A stretch of DNA of 64,000 nucleotides. It comes from a virus. The notes under the pieces are model-generated. The model saw only the letters and a list, made by a program, of their open reading frames with translations. It did not search any database and was not told where the DNA came from. The position numbers were made by a program, and so were the translations under genes. Where the stretch lies: the IMG/VR virus record IMGVR_UViG_3300025151_003852, positions 1 through 64,000 of that record; one strand, given 5' to 3'. This document shows positions 26,855 through 35,183 of the stretch, piece by piece. The stretch's first letter is position 1. The number at the start of each line of letters is the position of its first letter.

Positions 26855-28098
26855 TCTTCTAAATCTCGTAAACTATTGAGTTCTGGAAACACACTCCAGA
26901 AGTCCTCATCTCTTATTTTATCTATGGACGCAGTGTGTTGCATCATAATCTTTTTGTTATCTTGCCATGTATTATCTTCATTAGCAAAATTAACTGCATC
27001 TCTAATTAAACGTGATAAACTTGTTTTGTCACCTTCAAACTTATCAGCAAACTTTAAAGCATTCTCTGCCGCCGGTCCCTTCATTGCAGTAGGTAAACTC
27101 TTAGCACTATAGTAACTAGGATGCACAGCAAGATATAAACTATGATACCAATCTTCTGCTCTTACAATATTCTTATCTTTAAGATATTGATAAAACTCAC
27201 CGATCATTGGGTAATTAAACATAGAGAATACTGTGTTCATTTGAAATGTTACGTAATCTAAATCTCTGAATGTAAGTAAGTTGTTTTCTACTACACCCCA
27301 GTCTGTTCCTTTACGTAACCATTCTGCTCTTTCGCCATAATGATCAACTGAACAACTTAACTCAATATTATCAAAGTGTTTCCAAAGTTCTAATATATCA
27401 TGCTTCTTATATTTAATATTACTTGCGTTAGTATTATACCTTAAGACAGGTTTTTTACCACGTCTAATAAATTCTTCTAACATGACATAATGTTCGTCTG
27501 TAATAAGTGGCTCTCCACCTGCAAAATAACATAAGTCAATATTGTCAATGTGTTCTAGTGTTTCTTCTAGTACTGTTCCTGTTTGATCGTCTGCATGTAT
27601 TAAGATAGGATGTTCAGGATCGTGGTTGGCTCGCATCTCTGCTCCCCATTGCGAACTAAACTCACTGCCACATGTGCGACATTTGAAATTACATATATTA
27701 GAGAACCTAATATCAAAGTAATGCATTCTAAAGTCATCTACTGTTCCGTCTGCTTTTGTCTGTGGTACTAATTCATCGAATCGTTTACCAAAGTGTTCTT
27801 TAGAATAGTTTCTAAAACTATGCGGGCCTGCTTCTTCATGTTTGTAGCAGAAATCACATACACTATTCTTTTTCTCGTTTAGCATATCTAAACGCAATTG
27901 TTTCATTTTGTCATTGTTAAATGCTTCTTTCAATGATGTTTCTTTTGTGTTGCCAAATGGTTGAGTATAGTCATTAGAACAACAAGGATAGATATCTCCT
28001 TTGGGTGTTACGTTTAAATGTAACCAAGGAAACATACAGAATGTTTTACTTTCTTCTAATAAGTAAGTTTTATCGACTATTGGAATACGTTCACTCAT
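26851..28098 (-). CDS. Radical SAM protein with N-terminal twitch/SPASM-like Cys cluster
   Basis: FCMFPWLH..PCC..CDFC, DIRFSNICNFKCRTC, FAGGEP, YNTN. Confidence 0.9.
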   Translation of the reverse strand: MSERIPIVDKTYLLEESKTFCMFPWLHLNVTPKGDIYPCCSNDYTQPFGNTKETSLKEAFNNDKMKQLRLDMLNEKKNSVCDFCYKHEEAGPHSFRNYSKEHFGKRFDELVPQTKADGTVDDFRMHYFDIRFSNICNFKCRTCGSEFSSQWGAEMRANHDPEHPILIHADDQTGTVLEETLEHIDNIDLCYFAGGEPLITDEHYVMLEEFIRRGKKPVLRYNTNASNIKYKKHDILELWKHFDNIELSCSVDHYGERAEWLRKGTDWGVVENNLLTFRDLDYVTFQMNTVFSMFNYPMIGEFYQYLKDKNIVRAEDWYHSLYLAVHPSYYSAKSLPTAMKGPAAENALKFADKFEGDKTSLSRLIRDAVNFANEDNTWQDNKKIMMQHTASIDKIRDEDFWSVFPELNSLRDLEE

Positions 28099-29417
28099 GG
28101 TCGTAAAATCTCTGGTACTTTATATAGAGCCGCTAACTCAGGGAATGTGTTTATAAAATTCTCTCCTCTTAGGGCATCTATTCTTTTTATTTCTTCTTTG
28201 AATTCGACTTCTCTTTCATTCCAAGTATCTTTAGACATCAACCACGGAATAACTTGTTGTATTTCATTTATTTGTTCTTGTCTAAAGTTTAAGTCTTTCA
28301 TGTAACTCATAGTTAAATGCAACTGTTCAAGTGCTTGTTCTTTATAACCGTCTGGTAATACATGTGAAGACAAATGTTCTGGCGAACCCATGCTATAGAG
28401 AGTCCATACAGAACTCTCAGGCGTATAAAAATGATTGTCTATCATGTACTTGTAAAAATGCGAAATAGTCAATGCGTTGAATATACTATACACCGTATTA
28501 ACCTGAAAGTTAACATTCTTTGCTTTCTTTAATTTCTTTAGATTTGTTTCAATCGTTTTCCATTTAGTACCGTGTCTAATATATTCTGCTTTTTCTCCCA
28601 TGTGATCTATCGATGCATAAATCTGTATTGGCTGTGTAAAGTTTTCCCAAAGTTTAAAGATATCTCGTTTTTTATATCTAAAATTAGATATGTTTGTATT
28701 ATACCTTAATTGAATATCTGTTTTCTTTTTAGCAATCATTTCATCAATTAACATATAATGTTCATCAGTGATTAATGGCTCTCCACCTGCAAAGTATGCA
28801 ACTTCAAAATTAGGAACTTGCTTTAATACTTCTAATATAAATTCTTCTCTGTTGCCTTTTTCTAACTCTATAGCATACATAGGCAACCCTGTTTGCTCAC
28901 GTGATTCTAAATCTTCTTGTTCCCATTTAGAACTAAAAGCACTGCCGCATGTACGACATTTAAAGTTGCAAATATTACTAAAACGAATATCAAAATATCT
29001 CATACGAAAGTTTACAATTCGTCCTGTATTCATGTCTGTTGTTTCTATCACATCATTAAAGTAATCAGCCCATGCTTCATTACTTTGTGTTCTGAAACTT
29101 GGTATACCCTGATCGTCATGCTTGTGACAGTTTGCACACTCAGGGTTTTTAGTTCCCTTTAACATATCTAAACGTAACTTCTTCATTTTAGGAGAGTTAA
29201 CTAAGTCTGCAAGACTACTACGATTAGAGTTACCAACACCTTGATTATCAGCACAAGATTTTGCAATACAACAAGGCGCTCCCTGACCAGTAGGCGTAGT
29301 GTGCATGTGTACCCATGGAATCATGCAGAAAGTTTCTGATCTATTAAGAAGCAAATCTTTTAGAAAGATTGCCTGCTTCTTATCTACAGCGGGTTTGTTA
29401 GGCTTACTTGCTGGCAT
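28095..29417 (-). CDS. Radical SAM protein with N-terminal twitch/SPASM-like Cys cluster
   Basis: FCMIPWVH..PCC..CANC, DIRFSNICNFKCRTC, FAGGEP, YNTN. Confidence 0.9.
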   Translation of the reverse strand: MPASKPNKPAVDKKQAIFLKDLLLNRSETFCMIPWVHMHTTPTGQGAPCCIAKSCADNQGVGNSNRSSLADLVNSPKMKKLRLDMLKGTKNPECANCHKHDDQGIPSFRTQSNEAWADYFNDVIETTDMNTGRIVNFRMRYFDIRFSNICNFKCRTCGSAFSSKWEQEDLESREQTGLPMYAIELEKGNREEFILEVLKQVPNFEVAYFAGGEPLITDEHYMLIDEMIAKKKTDIQLRYNTNISNFRYKKRDIFKLWENFTQPIQIYASIDHMGEKAEYIRHGTKWKTIETNLKKLKKAKNVNFQVNTVYSIFNALTISHFYKYMIDNHFYTPESSVWTLYSMGSPEHLSSHVLPDGYKEQALEQLHLTMSYMKDLNFRQEQINEIQQVIPWLMSKDTWNEREVEFKEEIKRIDALRGENFINTFPELAALYKVPEILRP

Positions 29418-30784
29418 AATTTATAAAAATCCATAAACTCTGGATACACTGTTAATATATCTGTTTCTCTACGATCATCTAATTCGTTAAAGAAGTTGTA
29501 GAAATCTCTTCTACCTTCAATCAATTTATCTTCATCATAATGTGTGTTTTCCATATAGTCAACAACACGTTTAAACTTTTCATATTCAATTGTAGTAAAC
29601 TTATCACTACGTTCATTGTCTACATTGTCTTCGATAAACTTAAGTGACTCATACATATAAGGCATGAATTCTTCTTTAGGCAAGATGTTCATATCATACT
29701 GTAAAGGTTCTTTTAAGTATGGAGTATCAAATCTAACTCTGTGTTTATCTTCTGACTTCCAATCGTACCATCCATAGATAGCACGCCATTCTAAAAACTT
29801 TTCTAATAAACTTTTAAAGTCTGTTACTGCTAACAAATTAAACGTACACATAAACGTAACAGGAGAGTCTGTCTCTGTTAGATACGTATGTAAGTTCTTT
29901 TGAAAGAGTTCTAGGTCTAGTCCAGTTCTAATATATTCTGCTCGTTCTCCCCAGCAGTCTAAACTAGTAAAGAGTTTAAAACTTTCTAGTTTTTCTTCGT
30001 CACACAATTTCTTTACTGAACTACTTAGTCTTTTTACTAAAGCATTCTTTGTACCCAAATTAGTATTAATATTAAGTTCTAACCAAGGCATCGGGTCTTC
30101 GTCAATCTGTTTTAGCAGTCTCCATGTCGATGTATGCATAGTTGGTTCTCCACCTGTTACACGCAAGATGTTTAAGTCTTTACGCATAGATGGCCACCAC
30201 TCCCAGAACGCATCAACATATGGATTTTCTTCTTCACGTTCAAACAGTTTCATCCAATCAACATCGTTTCTGTGATTCTTTACAGTCTCAACTGGACCGA
30301 ACTGTTTGATCTCACTATGATAACTTGATGAATACTTTGGATGACAATAACCACACTTAAAGTTACACTCGTTACCAAAGTTAATCTCTAAGTATTCTGG
30401 ATTAATATTTTGATCCCAAGGACCATTAAGTGCTTGATCGAATCTTTCTTCTGTAAATATAGATCCGTTACGAATGTGTCTGTCTGAAATATAATCAGGA
30501 CCCATGTCTTCAACATTCCAGCAGTATTGACAACCTTCTGGTCGTTCACCTGCTAACATTTGTTTACGTTCCATTTTCTTTTCCCAAGTATTGTGTAACG
30601 CACTTGGATTATCTTTTAATTCATGTAATGGAATCTTATGTGGACGTGGATGATAGCAACTATGTGTCTCACCTGTTTGTAGATACATAGTAACGTGTTG
30701 CCATTTAGCAAGGCAGAATGAGGGAGTTGCCTCTTCTTCAACACGTATTTGTATTGTTTTTATTCTATCTGTTTCTTTAGACAT
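29384..30784 (-). CDS. Radical SAM protein with N-terminal Cys/His cluster
   Basis: FCLAKWQH..HSCYHP..CQYCW, EINFGNECNFKCGYC, TGGEPT, NTN, SLD..EYIRTG. Confidence 0.9.
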   Translation of the reverse strand: MSKETDRIKTIQIRVEEEATPSFCLAKWQHVTMYLQTGETHSCYHPRPHKIPLHELKDNPSALHNTWEKKMERKQMLAGERPEGCQYCWNVEDMGPDYISDRHIRNGSIFTEERFDQALNGPWDQNINPEYLEINFGNECNFKCGYCHPKYSSSYHSEIKQFGPVETVKNHRNDVDWMKLFEREEENPYVDAFWEWWPSMRKDLNILRVTGGEPTMHTSTWRLLKQIDEDPMPWLELNINTNLGTKNALVKRLSSSVKKLCDEEKLESFKLFTSLDCWGERAEYIRTGLDLELFQKNLHTYLTETDSPVTFMCTFNLLAVTDFKSLLEKFLEWRAIYGWYDWKSEDKHRVRFDTPYLKEPLQYDMNILPKEEFMPYMYESLKFIEDNVDNERSDKFTTIEYEKFKRVVDYMENTHYDEDKLIEGRRDFYNFFNELDDRRETDILTVYPEFMDFYKLCQQVSLTNPL

Positions 30785-31728
30785 TACCAGCCCTCTATTT
30801 CTCTGATAATCTCCATCTCTGTGACAAGGGGACCTAAGTTTCTTTTGTCTGCATTATAATGTCTTTTAAAAAACTTTGATTGTTCTGCATCAAGCATGTT
30901 CATAGGCAAACCCAACTTTGCTTGTAGTTCTGCCCCTATTTCTTTTGCGGCTTCTATAGGATCATTATTTAAGTACTGATCCCACATATCAGGATAGTTA
31001 TCAAACCATTGAATGTCTGTGTGATTGAAGTCTGTTAACATCGTCATGTATGTTCCCAGTCTTGCTCCATAGATTGCCCATGCACCGTTCTCTGCATCTA
31101 AGCCTACATTTTGCCATATAGTTAGATTGTTTAAATTTTTATCTGCAACTCTACCTTTAAACTCGTCTACAGTAACTAATGCACCTCGATCTAATACCAT
31201 TTTAACACCTTCTCTAAAACCAGCACGCCATGCTTGAAATGCTGATTTGTTAGGGTAAGTAGTTGAGTAGCAATCATACATTGCCCAATACAATGAGTCT
31301 GCTGAGTTCATCATAAAGTCAACTTGAGTTGCTTCAGAGCCATCAGTATGTTCATGTGTAGTCATGTTTTCTACATAAGTTTTAGTCCATGAACTCATGC
31401 CTCCGTTACCATAACGCAAGCCATTAATAGCATTGATAGACTTCCATCTAAATTGTGCTTGTTGATAATTAGGATCTTTATCTGTAAAGTCTAGTTGTAT
31501 ATTGAAAAAATCTTCTTCAGGTAATGTGTCACCATCGATAAGAATAAATCTTTCTGTTTCACTTAACTCACCTGCGGCTTTGTGTGCTTGATCACTGCCT
31601 AATACGCCGTCTACTCTTTGAGCCCATGGGACCATGTTTTTAACTTGTACCCAAAATTCTTCTTTTTGTGGCTCATCATAACTTAGATAGATTACATCCA
31701 AGTCTGCAATATCAATAATATTACTCAT
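30784..31728 (-). CDS. GT-A-fold glycosyltransferase-like protein
   Basis: DVIYLSYDEP, RVDGVLG, FILIDGD (DxD), NGLRYGNGG, AWRAGFREGVK. Start moved to ATG 31728 (MSNIID). Confidence 0.62.
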   Translation of the reverse strand: MSNIIDIADLDVIYLSYDEPQKEEFWVQVKNMVPWAQRVDGVLGSDQAHKAAGELSETERFILIDGDTLPEEDFFNIQLDFTDKDPNYQQAQFRWKSINAINGLRYGNGGMSSWTKTYVENMTTHEHTDGSEATQVDFMMNSADSLYWAMYDCYSTTYPNKSAFQAWRAGFREGVKMVLDRGALVTVDEFKGRVADKNLNNLTIWQNVGLDAENGAWAIYGARLGTYMTMLTDFNHTDIQWFDNYPDMWDQYLNNDPIEAAKEIGAELQAKLGLPMNMLDAEQSKFFKRHYNADKRNLGPLVTEMEIIREIEGW

Positions 31729-31882
31729 CAAACTTCCTTTCACCTCGTGAATAACTATCCTCAGGATCTATTTCGGCATCAGCATTCATAAATCGCATAC
31801 GTTGTACTAAGTCCCAATTGACATCTTTCCAATTTTCATGGATGCTTGTGTATTCTTCTTTTTCTTTATCCGATTTCTTCAC
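31721..31882 (-). CDS. Small hypothetical protein, 53 aa
   Basis: Hand-translated from GTG: MKKSDKEKEEYTSIHENWKDVNWDLVQRMRFMNADAEIDPEDSYSRGERKFDE. Fills the gap and overlaps both neighbours. Confidence 0.5.
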   Translation of the reverse strand: MKKSDKEKEEYTSIHENWKDVNWDLVQRMRFMNADAEIDPEDSYSRGERKFDE

Positions 31883-32228
31883 TGTACAACTCCCAATATC
31901 TACCTTTAGATTTATCTGTTACAAGTATACTTATATCATCTACAGAAACCAGTATACCTGATGTACTAGGCTTATATTTTTGTACACCCGCTTTTCTTCT
32001 ATTACGAGTAATGCGACCATCGATCACTTTGATGTCAGGTCTGGCTTCTGCAAATACGCCGGAATCGATGACAATGTAATTACCTTCTGGTTTTTCACAT
32101 GTATAAAAGTCAACGGTGCCGTCTTCTTTATAATACAACCTAAACTCAGGAGCCTCAATCTTGGGTGCTTCCCAAACAGTGATATATTCTTCGTTGTCAT
32201 CAGTCGGACTGGTGTTTTTATCACTCAT
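31866..32228 (-). CDS. Hypothetical protein
   Basis: 120-aa ORF, ATGA-coupled to the upstream GT-like gene. Confidence 0.7.
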   Translation of the reverse strand: MSDKNTSPTDDNEEYITVWEAPKIEAPEFRLYYKEDGTVDFYTCEKPEGNYIVIDSGVFAEARPDIKVIDGRITRNRRKAGVQKYKPSTSGILVSVDDISILVTDKSKGRYWELYSEEIG

Positions 32229-33022
32229 TGAATCGACTCCTTTATTTTATCAGAAAATGATTTGATATGATAGTGAAACGGATACGTCTGTGGGATTGTG
32301 TTCACTCTTAATGTATGAGGATAAATCTCATACAATAAAGTATCAGTCCATTTTTCTGATGGTGTACCATTAATAAATTGCTTCATGTGTATCATAGAAA
32401 ATTCTTTAAAAGTTGGAAGTGTAGACTTTTCAACTCCTATAAGATGACACGCATAAGCATAAATCCAGTCAGTCGTTGCTGGTTCATCTGGATTACATTG
32501 AAGTGTGTCTCTAAACTCACTCCAATTCTCAAAGACATGTCTTACAATGTCAAAGAATTCTTTTGCTGTTTCTGACTTTTTAAAATAAGTTATAGCATTG
32601 TATACGTCTGGCAGTTCATTATCGTCTATAAACCTACGATAGGTGCGTACATGCGATATATTCTGCTTGAAGTCACGTATATGTGTAGAGACAACTAAGT
32701 CTCTTTGTTTAAGTATATCCCACCAATAGTCTATTGATGAAGGAATATACAAGTCTGCTTCTAATTTGATTGTGTGTTTATAAGGACTTGCTTCATACAC
32801 TTGCCAATCATTGATAAGTTTCCAATCACTATCAGGTTCTAAGTCTCCATAGGGTAATGGAATAACTTTATGAAAAGCCTTACACTTTGTTTTGTCATCA
32901 GAGATTAATGATACTTTTGCATCTGGCATCACTCTCATTATAGACTCTGCTAATTGTTCTGCACACTGGACATAGTTGACATCGGCTGTATTTTGTGCTA
33001 ATATAACGAAACCCTTATCCAT
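32225..33022 (-). CDS. GT-A-fold (GT8-like) nucleotide-sugar transferase-like protein
   Basis: GFVILA, VSLISD, YEASPYKHTIKLEAD (ExD), VYNAITYFKKS. Paralogous to the adjacent gene. Confidence 0.65.
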   Translation of the reverse strand: MDKGFVILAQNTADVNYVQCAEQLAESIMRVMPDAKVSLISDDKTKCKAFHKVIPLPYGDLEPDSDWKLINDWQVYEASPYKHTIKLEADLYIPSSIDYWWDILKQRDLVVSTHIRDFKQNISHVRTYRRFIDDNELPDVYNAITYFKKSETAKEFFDIVRHVFENWSEFRDTLQCNPDEPATTDWIYAYACHLIGVEKSTLPTFKEFSMIHMKQFINGTPSEKWTDTLLYEIYPHTLRVNTIPQTYPFHYHIKSFSDKIKESIQ

Positions 33023-33881
33023 TCATAATCCCCACAAATAAATCTTTGTTCATAACATGAAAGTCCATGTCTTTAATTAGCATATATTCTTTTCTAACTT
33101 TGCTTTTCTTCCAATGATCAAACATGATTGTAAATTCTGTGTTAAAGTCATATACTTGACCGTCACAAGGCACTTGTACATCTACATTATTTGCATAGAC
33201 TGAAGTGTTTTTACCTACGTGTACTAAGTTCCATGGTATATAATCACTTGGTACATCTGTATGACCATTAACAATTTTAAGTGCAATTGTTAGTCCATAG
33301 TCATTACGATATACTCCACCAATAAAACTATGAATACCTGCATAATGTTCGTAATTGTTTTGCACCATTTCTAAAGTTTCAAAGATTTGCTTTGCACGTT
33401 CAGATTTCTTAAACATAATTACAGTTGCCCATAATGTTTCATATGAATAGCCCATCTTTTCTTGTGCCGCTTCTGGGTGCATAAGCATGTGTGTACGGTC
33501 ATGACAACAGAATGTGTCAGACAAGTCAAATGTTTTTAGTAGTGTATCAGAATTGACAAGATAGTCAACATCGATAAGGAGCGTTTCCTCATAAGGACTC
33601 AGTTCATATGCTTGATATCGACCTTTGTTGATCCAAGATGTTTGATCTTTAATATTAGTTAAATCAGGTTCAACTTCGACTACCCCGTCAAATACATTTC
33701 TATCATCTAATATAGTTTTGTATGTATCTACATCTGTAATTAGAGTTGTAGGTAAATCTAAAAATGCTCTTACTCTTTTTGCAGTATAGACGGCCATATC
33801 GGCATAATTATATTTGCTAGAATTAAAAGCAAATAAAACTACGCCTCTAGTTTTTACCTTTTCCTTTCTAGTTCTTTCCAT
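33015..33881 (-). CDS. GT-A-fold (GT8-like) nucleotide-sugar transferase-like protein
   Basis: GVVLFA, TTLITD, YELSPYEETLLIDVD (DxD), WATVIMFKKS, RND, HVMNK. Confidence 0.68.
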   Translation of the reverse strand: MERTRKEKVKTRGVVLFAFNSSKYNYADMAVYTAKRVRAFLDLPTTLITDVDTYKTILDDRNVFDGVVEVEPDLTNIKDQTSWINKGRYQAYELSPYEETLLIDVDYLVNSDTLLKTFDLSDTFCCHDRTHMLMHPEAAQEKMGYSYETLWATVIMFKKSERAKQIFETLEMVQNNYEHYAGIHSFIGGVYRNDYGLTIALKIVNGHTDVPSDYIPWNLVHVGKNTSVYANNVDVQVPCDGQVYDFNTEFTIMFDHWKKSKVRKEYMLIKDMDFHVMNKDLFVGIMNG

Positions 33882-34159
33882 TCACTGTTCCACTCAGTCA
33901 TCACGTTATTATATGTTTTAGTAAGAGATTCTAACAATTGTAGTCTATCTACTTTTACTGGATTTTCAAACGTGTCGATAACGACAAGAGTTTCATCAGA
34001 AAATGAATTAAGAAAGCCTATAGTTTGAGCATCGGCATTCCACAAACCGCCTTGTTCTGCAATGACAAGTTTGCTCTTATATTTTTCTTGTAGGTATGCT
34101 TTGGCTGAATTATGACTAAATCTAGCCTTTGCATCTTTGATTAATTTTGTTGTATCCAT
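33854..34159 (-). CDS. Hypothetical protein, first gene of the modification cluster
   Basis: ATG 34159 (MDTTKLIK) follows GGGAG and TAAATA. Confidence 0.72.
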   Translation of the reverse strand: MDTTKLIKDAKARFSHNSAKAYLQEKYKSKLVIAEQGGLWNADAQTIGFLNSFSDETLVVIDTFENPVKVDRLQLLESLTKTYNNVMTEWNSEWKELERKR

Positions 34160-34193
34160 AGTAAATAATACTCCCATGAGTATTTAGATGGAT
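34154..34193 (-). promoter_or_regulatory. Late promoter TAAATA (34181-34186) within a hairpin that pairs the SD and AUG
   Basis: Minus strand reads ATCCAT-C-TAAATACTC-ATGG-GAGTATTATTTA-CT-ATGGAT. AATACTC/GAGTATT and ATCCAT/ATGGAT are perfect inverted repeats. Confidence 0.62.
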
Positions 34194-34214
34194 TTCAAAG
34201 TGACTGAAAAAAAC

Positions 34215-35168
34215 TTATGAGCCAGATACTGAACCTGAAACCGAAGGTGTTCCCCACGATGCAGACAAGTATGTAGTCTCAGGAAGTTGCACAGTACAAG
34301 TTACAGCACTACCACTAGTTGCTACTAAGTCATTAGGAATTTCGTCCCAAACAGAGTAGATTGTGATAACTGAACCAGTGTCACCGTTTGATCCTTGAGC
34401 ACCATTAGACTTAACAATGTATCTAATGAATGAGTTCAAGTAACCAGAAGGACCTGAGTCTGCTAACTGTGTAAATGCAGTTGCGTTTCCTGTTGTTAGT
34501 CCAAAATACCCTTTATCTGAATCAACAGTAGGTGAATTACCAGCACCACCGACTTTAGTAATACCAGAGTATGATGTACTTGCGATAGAAATTGTGCCTG
34601 AGTTAGGTGCAGACATAGTAACTGTTCCTGTGTCACTTGCTAAGTCTGAGAAAAGCAAGTTGATACCAGAACCAGTTGGGTGTGAAGCAGTCATTTTGAT
34701 TTGACCACCTGCGTTAAAGAAGTAACGAGCGGCATCACCTGATGCGAATGTAACTGTATGAGTGAATGTAAGACCATTCTGCCATGAAGTGCCACGTGTT
34801 GCTGTATCAGCAATAGTAGAACCTTGTGATGCGGCGTTTCTTCTGTTAGTATAAATTGTTGTTAAGTTTGTAGGGATAGCAGACAAATAAGTAACTGTTG
34901 AACCTGATGTAGGTGCAGTTACTGAGGTAATAGATGACCCCTGATGAGAAGCAGAAGATGCAGTATTAGTAACTAGAGCATTCCATTGCCCTGTTGCTAC
35001 TACAGTATCTCCACCACTTACTTGTGATACAGCAGTTTGTCCATAACCAGCAGTTGTTCCACCTGTTGCCCAAACTGTATTAAGTTTGTTGGCGCTTGTG
35101 TCTGGGTTGCTACCTACCAAATTATTAAAATCTGATGCTTCGATTAAGCCATTTTGTGCGTAACTCAT
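34215..35168 (-). CDS. Putative virion structural (tail/baseplate-associated) protein
   Basis: Ser/Thr/Gly-rich 317 aa, GYGQ and ARYFFNAGG motifs, position in tail module. Confidence 0.6.
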   Translation of the reverse strand: MSYAQNGLIEASDFNNLVGSNPDTSANKLNTVWATGGTTAGYGQTAVSQVSGGDTVVATGQWNALVTNTASSASHQGSSITSVTAPTSGSTVTYLSAIPTNLTTIYTNRRNAASQGSTIADTATRGTSWQNGLTFTHTVTFASGDAARYFFNAGGQIKMTASHPTGSGINLLFSDLASDTGTVTMSAPNSGTISIASTSYSGITKVGGAGNSPTVDSDKGYFGLTTGNATAFTQLADSGPSGYLNSFIRYIVKSNGAQGSNGDTGSVITIYSVWDEIPNDLVATSGSAVTCTVQLPETTYLSASWGTPSVSGSVSGS

Positions 35169-35183
35169 GTTAAAATCCCTAAA

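Noticed and set aside
34195-34214. Rho-independent terminator after the 34215 gene (T-run on minus strand)
   Set aside because: The T-run follows the stop codon directly, with no GC-rich stem before it.
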